Shown: positions 8,887 through 16,698, counted from the stretch's first letter. The stretch: 64,000 nt of DNA from Acidimicrobiales bacterium (GCA_965231925.1 OZ246894.1:2491384-2555383), one strand, 5' to 3'. Program-made: numbers and translations. Notes: generated by a model not told the origin, from the sequence alone.

Positions 8887-9519
8887 ATGGCCGGGAGTGT
8901 CATCAGGCGACTGGGGGATGTCCCAGCAGCTCAACATGGCTATTTCACGCGCGCGCAAGCCTCGGTGGCTGGGATTCCGGACTTTGATCTGACGAGGTCT
9001 GTAGGGCGCGGCCTGATTGAACGCGTCGGGCACGGTGTGTACAGGGTCGTCGGCGCCGGCGACGATCCCCTCGCGGAACTGCGCATCGCGTCGCTTCGGC
9101 TCGACCCGGAGCGAACACCGCGCCAGCGGGCCGCCGACCCCAGAGTCTGGGTTGTACTTCAGTCAGCTGCGAGAGTCCACGGTTTCGGGGTATTCGCCGG
9201 CGGGCCGCACACATTCGTGTCGCGCAGCCGCATCCAGCCCGGACACGGCACGAGGGTCCGCCGCCGATCGCGGGGCATTGAGCGCAGTGAGTGGGAACTC
9301 AAGGATCGATTCGCGGTGACGACAGTGAGCCGGACCACGGCCGACCTCATGAGTGACCATGTCGACGGCGGGCACATCGGCCGGTTCGTCAGCGACGCGC
9401 TCGGCGCAGGCGCAATCAGCATGGGCCAACTGTGCGAGCGGCTCAGCGTGGACCCCGACGAGATCAAGTCCCTGCTGATGCAGGGCGGCGACCATGCGAG
9501 CGTCGGTATCGATGACTGA
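8887..9519 (+). CDS. abiEi: AbiEi-family antitoxin/transcriptional regulator (type IV TA / abortive infection)
   Basis: ATG 8887 is preceded by GAGGAGGG. The N-terminal pattern VPAAQHGYFTRAQA...GIP...L.R.V.RGLIERVGHGVYRV is typical of AbiEi_4 domains. Confidence 0.75.
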   Translation: MAGSVIRRLGDVPAAQHGYFTRAQASVAGIPDFDLTRSVGRGLIERVGHGVYRVVGAGDDPLAELRIASLRLDPERTPRQRAADPRVWVVLQSAARVHGFGVFAGGPHTFVSRSRIQPGHGTRVRRRSRGIERSEWELKDRFAVTTVSRTTADLMSDHVDGGHIGRFVSDALGAGAISMGQLCERLSVDPDEIKSLLMQGGDHASVGIDD

Positions 9520-10429
9520 CGCCGAAGGCGACGGCGACGAGCGTTCGGTTCCCTATCTCACACCCGACGCGTTCCGCCAAGCGCTCAAGGAGCGGATCAC
9601 GAAGACTGGGAGTTCCGACTCGGTGGACATCTCAGGGATTCGTCGCCAATTCGCCTACAGCCGATTCCTCTATCGGGTGTTCGCCTCAGGCGATTCCCGA
9701 TGGGTGCTCAAGGGCGCCACAGGGCTGCTGGCACGCATACCCAGCCGCGCCCGCCACAGCCTCGACATCGACCTGATGCGCCGCGACGACATGAGCGAAG
9801 CCATCAAGCTGCTTCAGAACCTCGGGCACCAGCACGCTGACGCAGACTTCTTCACATTCGATGTGCAATTGGAACGAGAGCCAACGCTCGGCGCGTCCAA
9901 CGCGGCGTTGACGGCGACGGCATACCTCGGAGAACGCGAGTTTGTGAGGTTCAAGATCGATCTCGTTGTCGAATCGAACATGACGGCAGAACCTGAATAT
10001 GTCAGCCCACTGGAGCCGGTCGAGATCGCAGGCCTGCGTTCAGTGCCATATCTGGTGTATCCGCTCGTCGACCACATCGCCGACAAGCACGCCGCCATGC
10101 TCGACGACTACCGCGGGCGGCCCAGCACCCGGTACCGCGACCTCGTAGACCTCGCCATCATCGCCGGTACGGAGCCGGTAAATGCAGCAGCACTCAGCAC
10201 AGCGCTGCTCAGCGAGTACGCCCATCGTCGAATTCAGCCACCCACCGTCGTCACGCTGCCGTCAGGCACGTGGATTCCGGGGTACGAGCAAGCAGCCAAA
10301 GATGTCGCGAACCTGCCCCAACGCACCGCGGATGAAGCCTTGGAACTAGTGGGCAAGCTGCTCAATCCCATTCTCGCGGGCCGCAAGACCGGAAACTGGA
10401 ATCCGAGCGAAGCCGACTGGGCGGACTAG
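9512..10429 (+). CDS. abiEii: AbiEii/AbiGii-family nucleotidyltransferase toxin (DUF1814)
   Basis: Overlaps the abiEi 3' end by 8 nt. Motifs WVLKGATGLLARIP..SRARHSLDIDL and the overall ~300-aa size match AbiEii. Confidence 0.75.
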   Translation: MTDAEGDGDERSVPYLTPDAFRQALKERITKTGSSDSVDISGIRRQFAYSRFLYRVFASGDSRWVLKGATGLLARIPSRARHSLDIDLMRRDDMSEAIKLLQNLGHQHADADFFTFDVQLEREPTLGASNAALTATAYLGEREFVRFKIDLVVESNMTAEPEYVSPLEPVEIAGLRSVPYLVYPLVDHIADKHAAMLDDYRGRPSTRYRDLVDLAIIAGTEPVNAAALSTALLSEYAHRRIQPPTVVTLPSGTWIPGYEQAAKDVANLPQRTADEALELVGKLLNPILAGRKTGNWNPSEADWAD

Positions 10430-10449
10430 CGGCGGTGCCGAATTCGCAT

Positions 10450-10758
10450 TGACAGCCCGGTCTACCTGTCGGCCGATATCGATCTGGCTCGCTCTTCGCC
10501 AGCCCCGCAGGGCCGAACGATCCACACAGGACCACAACACCCCCACGACGTGTCGGACCGGACTTCGCCGAGACGCTGAAGATCTACCACGACTACCAAA
10601 TCCTGGTACTCGAAGAGGACCGGGTGATGATCGAGTCGATGCAAAAGGCGATGAGCTCGCCCGCCTACCGGCCCGGGCGCATGAGCACCCTGGAGAAAGG
10701 CGTTCACAACTTCCTCAACGGCTATCTGGACCGCGTCATCGTCGGAGCCACCCCATGA
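10450..10758 (+). pseudogene. 3'-terminal remnant of a Rieske-type (ring-hydroxylating / GbcA-CntA-like) oxygenase alpha-subunit gene
   Basis: A start-less frame reads ...PDFAETLKIYHDYQILVLEEDRVMIESMQKAMSSPAYRPGRMSTLEKGVHNFLNGYLDRVIV*. This matches the conserved C-terminal (Q/E)D..(I/V).E..Q.G..S.AY..G..S..E..V..F motif. Its stop overlaps the next gene's ATG as ATGA (10755-10758). No Rieske or mononuclear-iron part lies upstream. Confidence 0.6.
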
Positions 10759-11699
10759 CCGCTGCACTCGCCCGCGCAGCGGACATGCTGATGCGCGACT
10801 ACATGGCATTGGCGCCCGACGAGACCGTCCTGATCACCGCCGACACCGACAGCGACGAGGCGGTGTGGCAGGCGGTGCTTCAAGCATCATTGCTCGCAGG
10901 TGCCAACGCATCGGTCCTGCTGATGCCGCCGCTTCCGTATCAGGGTCGCCTTGCCGACACGTACCTCACTCCGGCGGTATCGGCCGCGGCGCTGGCTGCA
11001 GACGTGTGGATCGATCTCACCTTCCCCTACCTCGTGGGCTCGGAGCTTCACGATCAGGCGATGGAGGGCAACCACATCCGCTACCTGCTGGGCGCCGACC
11101 TGAACGCCGGTGGCCTGTTGAGGCTGTTCGGGCGCGTCGATCTCGACCGCTACCTCGCCGTGCACCATGGGTTTGACGCGCTGGTGAATGAAGCAGTCGG
11201 CAAGACCGTGCGCATCACCGACAACGCCGGCACCGACGTGAGCTTCGTCCTCGGGCAGCGTGGGTTCTCCAAGCCGCGACGAGCCGACAAGCCAGGAACG
11301 GTCTTGATACCGGGGCAATGCACGCTGTTCCCCGATGTCGAAACGGTGAAAGGCCGCATCGAGGTCGGCGCCATCTTTCACGAGTACTACACGCCGCTCG
11401 CAGCACCCATGACCCTCGAGATCGATGGCCGCATCCGTGCCATCGGGGGCGGAGGCAATGAACGATTCGTCGCCGACCGAGCGCTGCGCCGTGCAGGCGC
11501 CGACGGCGACTACGGGTATGCCATTCACTTCACCCACGGCATCCATCCCACGGCCCGAGTCACCGGCAACTCGTTCGTCGAGGACACCCGTGCCCAGGGC
11601 AACCGGGCGAAGCCGAGCGTCCCGAGTGGAGGCTCGGCGGCTGCTCGCCGACTTCCTGTGACACGATCTCGGCGTGACAGGCACCCATATCGGCTGTGA
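10755..11699 (+). CDS. M29-peptidase-fold / NicX (2,5-dihydroxypyridine dioxygenase)-like protein, probably 3'-truncated
   Basis: Family-like sequence runs to ...YAIHFTHGIHPTARVTGNSFVEDTRAQGN (about 11603). The frame then continues as low-complexity RAKPSVPSGGSAAARRLPVTRSRRDRHPYRL and overlaps the coxS-like N-terminus out of frame. Confidence 0.5.
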   Translation: MTAALARAADMLMRDYMALAPDETVLITADTDSDEAVWQAVLQASLLAGANASVLLMPPLPYQGRLADTYLTPAVSAAALAADVWIDLTFPYLVGSELHDQAMEGNHIRYLLGADLNAGGLLRLFGRVDLDRYLAVHHGFDALVNEAVGKTVRITDNAGTDVSFVLGQRGFSKPRRADKPGTVLIPGQCTLFPDVETVKGRIEVGAIFHEYYTPLAAPMTLEIDGRIRAIGGGGNERFVADRALRRAGADGDYGYAIHFTHGIHPTARVTGNSFVEDTRAQGNRAKPSVPSGGSAAARRLPVTRSRRDRHPYRL

Positions 11700-12057
11700 G
11701 CAGGGGGTGTGCGGTGCGTGCACGGTGCTGCTCGACGGCCGTACCGCCCGCAGCTGCCTGCACTTCGCTGTTGCGGTCGACGGATCCGACATCCGCACCG
11801 TGGAGGACCTCGCCGACCTCGATGAGCTCCATCCGATCCAAGAGATGTTCCACCAAAAGCATGCTCTCCAGTGCGGTTTCTGCACGCCGGGATTCCTCCT
11901 CACGGCGGTCGAGCTGCTCGAGAGCACGCCCGACCCCGACGAGGCCACTATCCGGGAGGCACTGATGAACAATGTCTGCCGCTGCACCGGCTACGCCAAC
12001 ATCGTGGACGCGGTGGCCGAGGCCGCTGTGCAGCTGCGACAAGGGCGCCAGCCATGA
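11590..12057 (+). pseudogene. (2Fe-2S)-binding small subunit of a molybdenum hydroxylase (CoxS/XdhC-type) with an in-frame TGA at 11659-11661
   Basis: The same frame reads ...GRSRASRVEARRLLADFL[TGA]HDLGVTGTHIGCEQGVCGACTV...CGFCTPGF...CRCTGY. The stop replaces the conserved residue (usually Arg) of the LL..FLR motif. The tracked ORF (11674) starts at a GTG that is the Val of LG(L/V)TGT. Confidence 0.6.
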
Positions 12058-14474
12058 GCGGCGACCCGCAAGGCGCTGTCGGGCAGGGTGCTGTCGCACA
12101 AGGCACGGTCGGGCAAGGCGCCGTCGGGCGCGGTGCTGTCGGGCAGAGCGTCCTGCGTCGAGAGGACGACTACCTCCTGCGAGGCCAGGGCCGCTTCGTC
12201 GACGACCTGCCCGCGCCGCTCAACACCTTGCACCTCGCCTTCGTGCTCAGCCCCTACGCCCACGCACGGATCCTGTCGATCGACGTGAGCGAGGCGCGTG
12301 CGCTCGACGGGGTGGTCGACGTTCTCACCGGCACCGATCTCGCAGCAATGGTGAAGCCGATCGCTGCTCAGATCGAGCTTCCCGGCTACAGCTTCAACAC
12401 CCGCGACGTGCTGGCAATCGACGAGGTCCGCTTTGCTGGCGAGGCAGTGGCCGTGGTCGTGGCCGAGAGCGCGTACCTCGCCGAAGACGGCGTCGAGCTC
12501 GTCGACGTCGACTACGAGCCGCTTCCCGCGTTGACCGAGATCGGCAAGGCGACCGATCCCGACGCCCCGCAGGTCAATCCGACCGTGCCGGGAAACGTCT
12601 ACTACGAGGGTCGATTCGCCACCGAGGGCGTGGACGCCGGCTTCGAGGCAGCGGCACATGTCATCTCCGAGGACTTCCACTCGAGCCGTGTGACCGCTGT
12701 CCCGATCGAACCCCGAGGGTGTCTTGCCGTGCCCGAGCATGCGGGCAATCTCGTCTTCTATTCCTCGACCCAGATACACCATCTGCTGCGGACTGCCCTG
12801 GCCGAGTTCCTCGACGTCGCCGAGTCGACCCTGCGGGTCGTGGTGCCCGACGTCGGCGGCGGATTCGGCATCAAGGCGGCCCTCTACCCCGAAGAGTTCG
12901 TCTGCGCCGCGCTCGCCCTGCGTCTTCGCCGGCCCGTCAAGTGGATCCAGGACCGCTACGAAGCCCTGCTCACCGATGTGCACGCCCGTGACAACCACTA
13001 CCGGGTGCAGGCCGCGGTCGATGACGACGGCATCGTCCTCGCGCTGATGGCCGAGATTCGAACCAACGGCGGCGCCTACTCAGCGCTGCCATTCGGCTGC
13101 ACGCTCGAGACCACTGGCGGCGCCCGCATGATCGTCGGGCCGTACCGGATCACCGAATACACCTACACGGCCACCGCCGTCGCCACCCACACCGCGCCGG
13201 TGCTGGCCTATCGGGGCGTGGCCCAGCCGGTTTGCTTCATGGCGATCGAGGGCATCATGGACCGGATTGCCCGCCGGCTCGAGCTTGATCCAGCCGAGGT
13301 TCGGCTGAGAAACATGGTGCCCACCGCAGAGCTTCCGTGGACCAACATCGTCGGCGTCCGCTACGACACCGGCAGCTTCGTCGAGTCGCTCGAACAAGCG
13401 ATGGAGATGGCGAACCACGACGAGTTCCGCGCCCGCCAGGAGGCCCAGGGCCGGCTCGTCGACGGCAAGTACCGGGGCATCGGCATCTGCACGTTCACCG
13501 AGGTGAGCGGGACGGGAGCCCCAGGGTGGCGTGCCCGCGGGCTGACCCGTCTGCCCGGATTCGATAGCGGGACGATCAAGGTGGAGCCCACCGGCAAGGT
13601 GACAGCCTTCGTGAGCCACGCTCATTCAGGGCAGGGCCACTTCACGACATTCGCGCAGGTCGTCGCCGACGAGCTCGGGGCCCGATTGGAAGATGTGACC
13701 GTCGTAGAGGGCGACACCGCGGCGGGGCCGTATGGCACGAACACCTTCGCCAGCCGCAGCGCAGTCACGGGCGGCGGCGCGCTGATACGGGCGTCGGAGA
13801 AGGCCAGGCTGAAGCTGGCGCGGCTCGCCGCGGCGATGCTCGAGTCGACTCCGGAAGACATCGTGGTCGCCGGCGGCCAGTTGCACGTCGCCGGCGTGCC
13901 GAGCCGGGCCCTTTCGTTCGGGGAAGTCGCCGAGACGGCGTACGCGATGAACACCTTCGATCTTCCCGAAGGCGAGAGCTTCGGCATCGAGGAGACCGAC
14001 TTCTACGACCCGCCCCTGGTGACCATGGCCAATGCCACTCACATTGCACAGGTGGCGGTCGACGCCGGAGACGGGACCGTCGACATCGAGGGATACACCG
14101 TCGTGCACGACTGCGGTCGCGTCATCAATCCGATGATCGTCGACGGGCAGGTGATGGGCGGTGTGGCACAGGGCATCGGCGAGGCGCTGATGGAGGAATT
14201 CGTCTACGACGCCGACGGACAGGTCAAAACGGCGACGCTGGCCGACTATCTCCTGCCCAGCTCGGTCGACGTTCCCAACTTCCAGATCGCTCACATCGAG
14301 TCCCCGTCGATCGATGCCGTCGGCGGATTCAAGGGCGTCGGGGAAGGCGGTCTGATCGGGGCGGTGCCCTCTATCGTCAACGCAGTCGCCGACGCTCTGT
14401 CCGATCTCGACGTCAACGTCAACACCAAGCCGCTTCGGCCTGCGCTGCTGTCACGCCTCATCCGAGAGGCCTGA
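12054..14474 (+). CDS. Molybdopterin-binding large subunit of a xanthine dehydrogenase/CoxL-family hydroxylase
   Basis: ATG 12054 overlaps the coxS stop (ATGA). Family-typical sequence includes SVLRREDDYLLRG.G.F.DD, PIEPRG, GGGFG, AYRGV and GVGEGG. No FAD (CoxM) subunit gene is adjacent. Confidence 0.85.
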   Translation: MSGDPQGAVGQGAVAQGTVGQGAVGRGAVGQSVLRREDDYLLRGQGRFVDDLPAPLNTLHLAFVLSPYAHARILSIDVSEARALDGVVDVLTGTDLAAMVKPIAAQIELPGYSFNTRDVLAIDEVRFAGEAVAVVVAESAYLAEDGVELVDVDYEPLPALTEIGKATDPDAPQVNPTVPGNVYYEGRFATEGVDAGFEAAAHVISEDFHSSRVTAVPIEPRGCLAVPEHAGNLVFYSSTQIHHLLRTALAEFLDVAESTLRVVVPDVGGGFGIKAALYPEEFVCAALALRLRRPVKWIQDRYEALLTDVHARDNHYRVQAAVDDDGIVLALMAEIRTNGGAYSALPFGCTLETTGGARMIVGPYRITEYTYTATAVATHTAPVLAYRGVAQPVCFMAIEGIMDRIARRLELDPAEVRLRNMVPTAELPWTNIVGVRYDTGSFVESLEQAMEMANHDEFRARQEAQGRLVDGKYRGIGICTFTEVSGTGAPGWRARGLTRLPGFDSGTIKVEPTGKVTAFVSHAHSGQGHFTTFAQVVADELGARLEDVTVVEGDTAAGPYGTNTFASRSAVTGGGALIRASEKARLKLARLAAAMLESTPEDIVVAGGQLHVAGVPSRALSFGEVAETAYAMNTFDLPEGESFGIEETDFYDPPLVTMANATHIAQVAVDAGDGTVDIEGYTVVHDCGRVINPMIVDGQVMGGVAQGIGEALMEEFVYDADGQVKTATLADYLLPSSVDVPNFQIAHIESPSIDAVGGFKGVGEGGLIGAVPSIVNAVADALSDLDVNVNTKPLRPALLSRLIREA
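12069..12143 (+). repeat. In-frame 15-nt tandem repeat x5 encoding (Q/R)G(A/T)V(G/A) at the CoxL-like N-terminus
   Basis: Units CAAGGCGCTGTCGGG / CAGGGTGCTGTCGCA / CAAGGCACGGTCGGG / CAAGGCGCCGTCGGG / CGCGGTGCTGTCGGG, read directly. Confidence 0.9.
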
Positions 14475-14531
14475 GGCTGACCGCGGCTTCGGCCAGCCAC
14501 GGGGTTACGGTCGGGGGCGACCCCCGGGTGT

Positions 14532-16130
14532 TCATGTGGGTGGGGCCCGGGGCGCTGTGTCGGGATGGCCCGGTGTGGGGTCCGGTGAAGAGTCCGGCGG
14601 CCCCTCCGGTGGTGGAACCGGTGATCGGTCCTTTGATGAGCCCGGTGTCGCGTCCGGTGCCGGGTCCGGCGGCCCCTCCGGTGGTCGAACCGGTGATCGG
14701 TCCCTTGATGAGCCCGGTGTCGCGTCCGGTGCCGGGTCCGGCGGCCCCTCCGGTGGTGGAACCGGTGATCGGTCCTTTGATGAGCCCGGTGTCGCGTCCG
14801 GTGCTGGATAGGCCGGCGATGGGTTTGGCTGTGGGCCCGGTGTTGCGTCCGGTGATCGGTCCGGCGTCGGTGTTGGTGCCGGGGGTTGGAGTGCGAAGCG
14901 GCCGGGGCGGGTGGGGTGGGGTTCGACGGTGAAGCCTTGTTGGTGGATTTTGTTGTGGTGGCAGTCGTGGCAGACCGAGACGAGGTTGGGATAGTCGGTG
15001 GGGCCGTCGTGTTGCCAGTGGTCGATGTGGTGTGATCGGCAGTGGTCAGGGTGGGTGCCGCAGCCGATGCAGCCCTGGTCGCGCAGTGCCAGCGCGGTGC
15101 GCTGCAGCTCGGTGGCGGTGCGGCGGCTGCGTCCCATGCGCAGGTCTCCTGTGGCGTCCTGGAAGATCGCTGGCAGCACACCTGCATCGACCGCGATGTG
15201 GGCGATCTCGCCGATGGGGATCGGGGTGCCGTCAGCGAAGCGGGTGTTGGCGAGCTGGTGGTTGACCATGTCGTAGTCGGCGACCACCACCAGCGCAGTG
15301 CCTGCGGGCCGTGCGGTGTCGGGCTCGCAGATGAGCTTGGCGATGGCGTCGGCGGTGCGCTGGGCCGGCGTGGGCCGACACGTCGAGTCTTCGTCGCCAT
15401 AGAGGCGCCGTTCGGCCGCCGCGATCACCGAGGCCAGCCGAGCGCCGGTGACGGGGTCGAATTGGCCGTTGATGACCACCATGTTGTTGTCCCGGCTGGT
15501 GAACACCCGCGCACAGCGCTGCCGGCGTTGCTGTTCGAGCAGCGACGAGCCGTCGTCACCGCTCACATCGGCCACATGGCGTGCGACCGTGCGACGGAAC
15601 TCGTCATAGCCCTCGTGTCGGGCGCGTGCGGCCAGGAACGCCTCGTCGATCGGGGCGTCCCCAGCAGCACGCGCGATCAGCCGCGCGTGGCCCGCAGGAA
15701 GCGACCCCGACACAAGGCCGTCGCGGGTCAGTTCCAGCTCGCCCAGCGCGACCGCGTCCTTCACGTCGCTGCGCGCCGCGCGCCCAGACACCGACAGGGC
15801 TTCTTTGGCGGCGTGCTCGGCATCGGCGTTGCCGCGCCGGCGCGCAAGTTCGCCCAGCACATCAGCCTTCAACGCCGCCAAACAAGACTCAGCACGACCC
15901 AACACACCCAGCCGCGCACGCAGCCCGTCATCGCACAGCGCTGCCACATCGACCGCATCCACACGCACCCCCACCGCTGATGCAGTGCGCTCCGAGCCGA
16001 AGTCATCGCCGCTCGCCATAGGAACAAACGTACGAGAGGGGTGTGACAACGCCGACGCATCGGCCGCATCCACACGCAGCCCCACGGCAGGTGCAGTGCG
16101 CTCGGAGCCGGAATCATCGCCGCTCGCCAT
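14532..16130 (-). CDS. DUF222 domain / HNH endonuclease protein (mycobacterial '13E12 repeat'-type)
   Basis: HNH motif CIGCGTHPDHCRSHHIDHW....NLVSVCHDCHHNKIH. The DUF222-like N-terminal half includes LGELARRRG.. Two equivalent ATGs (16130 and 16019) arise from a 111-bp duplication, and the ORF is open to GTG 16205. Confidence 0.8.
   Translation of the reverse strand: MASGDDSGSERTAPAVGLRVDAADASALSHPSRTFVPMASGDDFGSERTASAVGVRVDAVDVAALCDDGLRARLGVLGRAESCLAALKADVLGELARRRGNADAEHAAKEALSVSGRAARSDVKDAVALGELELTRDGLVSGSLPAGHARLIARAAGDAPIDEAFLAARARHEGYDEFRRTVARHVADVSGDDGSSLLEQQRRQRCARVFTSRDNNMVVINGQFDPVTGARLASVIAAAERRLYGDEDSTCRPTPAQRTADAIAKLICEPDTARPAGTALVVVADYDMVNHQLANTRFADGTPIPIGEIAHIAVDAGVLPAIFQDATGDLRMGRSRRTATELQRTALALRDQGCIGCGTHPDHCRSHHIDHWQHDGPTDYPNLVSVCHDCHHNKIHQQGFTVEPHPTRPGRFALQPPAPTPTPDRSPDATPGPQPNPSPAYPAPDATPGSSKDRSPVPPPEGPPDPAPDATPGSSRDRSPVRPPEGPPDPAPDATPGSSKDRSPVPPPEGPPDSSPDPTPGHPDTAPRAPPT
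14599..14804 (-). repeat. 72-nt in-frame tandem repeat (~2.9 copies) encoding a Pro-rich 24-aa unit DATPGSS(K/R)DRSPV(P/R)PPEGPPDPAP in the HNH protein C-terminus
   Basis: Period confirmed from GGCCCCTCCGG at 14599, 14671 and 14743. Confidence 0.9.
16021..16035 (-). promoter_or_regulatory. SOS-box-like motif TCGTAC-GTTT-GTTCC one nucleotide upstream of ATG 16019 (copy 1)
   Basis: Compared by eye with the actinobacterial LexA consensus TCGAAC-N4-GTTCGA: about 9/12 match. Confidence 0.3.
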
Positions 16131-16131
16131 A

Positions 16132-16146
16132 GGAACAAACGTACGA
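16132..16146 (-). promoter_or_regulatory. Identical SOS-box-like motif upstream of ATG 16130 (copy 2)
   Basis: Identical 15-mer, 111 bp from copy 1. Confidence 0.3.
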
Positions 16147-16284
16147 GAGGGATGTGACAACCCCGACACCGCCACCGCATCCACCACCACGGCGTCCACC
16201 CGCACCAGCCGCCGCAGCAGTCCGCTCCCCTAGGGCTGCTGGCGCTGCCTTGGGCCGCACAAGCGCTCATGACGCTGCGGCGTC

Positions 16285-16698
16285 TCAGTCGATGGATCCT
16301 CGCGGGACGATCCACTCGCATCGCTGGCCGGTCACCGACGCGATGAGGTCGAAATCGGCGTCGTAGTGAAGCACCGTGAGGTCCTCAGTCTCGGCGGCGG
16401 CTGCAATGAGCAGGTCGGGGACCGGCCGCCCTCGCAGCCCGCGTTCTGCGAGCAGACGTTGCGTCTGGCGGGCGCGGCGCACGTGATCGGCCGTGGTCTC
16501 CACCAAGTTCAGCTCGCTGATGCTGCCCGCCAGGGTCTCCCATTCGTCGACGTTGCGGGCCGAGAAGCCGATCTCGAGGTCGCTGATGCCAGCACGCGCT
16601 GCGCGACCGGCGACCACCAGCGGCTCAGCAGCCGCGCGCACGGTGTTATGGGACAGCCGTGTCAGCGTGCTGGTGTCGAAGAGGTGTGTCAGCGCCAT
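16285..16698 (-). CDS. vapC: PIN-domain toxin VapC
   Basis: N-terminal LFDTSTLTRL and C-terminal LTVLHYDADFDLIA are PIN-like. Overlaps the upstream antitoxin gene by 10 nt. Confidence 0.8.
   Translation of the reverse strand: MALTHLFDTSTLTRLSHNTVRAAAEPLVVAGRAARAGISDLEIGFSARNVDEWETLAGSISELNLVETTADHVRRARQTQRLLAERGLRGRPVPDLLIAAAAETEDLTVLHYDADFDLIASVTGQRCEWIVPRGSID

Larger units (their letters stand above)
8503..10449. mobile_element. Integrase-less accessory islet flanking tRNA-Ala (orphan ORF plus AbiEi/AbiEii)
   Basis: Starts directly after the tRNA 3' end. Contains an AT-rich patch (8791-8886) and a defence/TA module. Ends within ~20 nt of the point where a truncated Rieske oxygenase reading frame opens (10450). 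No att duplicate of the tRNA 3' end was found. Confidence 0.4.
15941..16185 (-). repeat. 111-bp tandem duplication (~2.2 copies) spanning the 5' coding end and the immediate upstream region of the DUF222-HNH gene
   Basis: Position-by-position comparison at offset 111 gives runs of 10/10 identity (for example 16011-16040 vs 16122-16151). Identity decays toward both edges. Confidence 0.85.

Noticed and set aside
8503-10760. attL/attR direct repeat of the tRNA-Ala 3' end delimiting the islet.
   Set aside because: Scanning by eye, I found no second copy of GGTTCAATTCCCCTTAGCTCCA or a substantial part of it near 10430-10760 or elsewhere in the window. This needs a computational search.
11659-11661. 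The in-frame TGA in coxS as a selenocysteine codon.
   Set aside because: The position aligns with a conserved basic residue of a structural motif, not a redox Cys/Sec site. I see no obvious hairpin immediately downstream resembling a bacterial SECIS.
12054-14474. Bona fide aerobic CO dehydrogenase (form I CoxL).
   Set aside because: The active-site loop reads LAYRGVAQP rather than the form I signature VAYRCSFR, and no coxM (FAD subunit) is adjacent. Generic molybdenum hydroxylase is the safer call.
14599-14804. The 72-nt repeats as a CRISPR-like array.
   Set aside because: The repeats are contiguous without spacers, lie in frame inside a coding region, and have no cas genes nearby.
14291-15400. 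Long ORFs antisense to or out of frame with recognised genes. Examples: 14291..15400(-), 15042..15980(+), 10887..11987(-), 11991..12998(-), 11972..12991(+), 18980..20170(-), 38908..40566(+), 40095..41186(-), 50409..51887(-), 58308..59750(+), 61147..62448(-), 62785..63927(-).
   Set aside because: Their products are Arg/Pro/Ala/Gly-rich low-complexity strings with no motifs. Each fully overlaps a gene with clear family signatures. This is typical open-frame noise in high-GC DNA.
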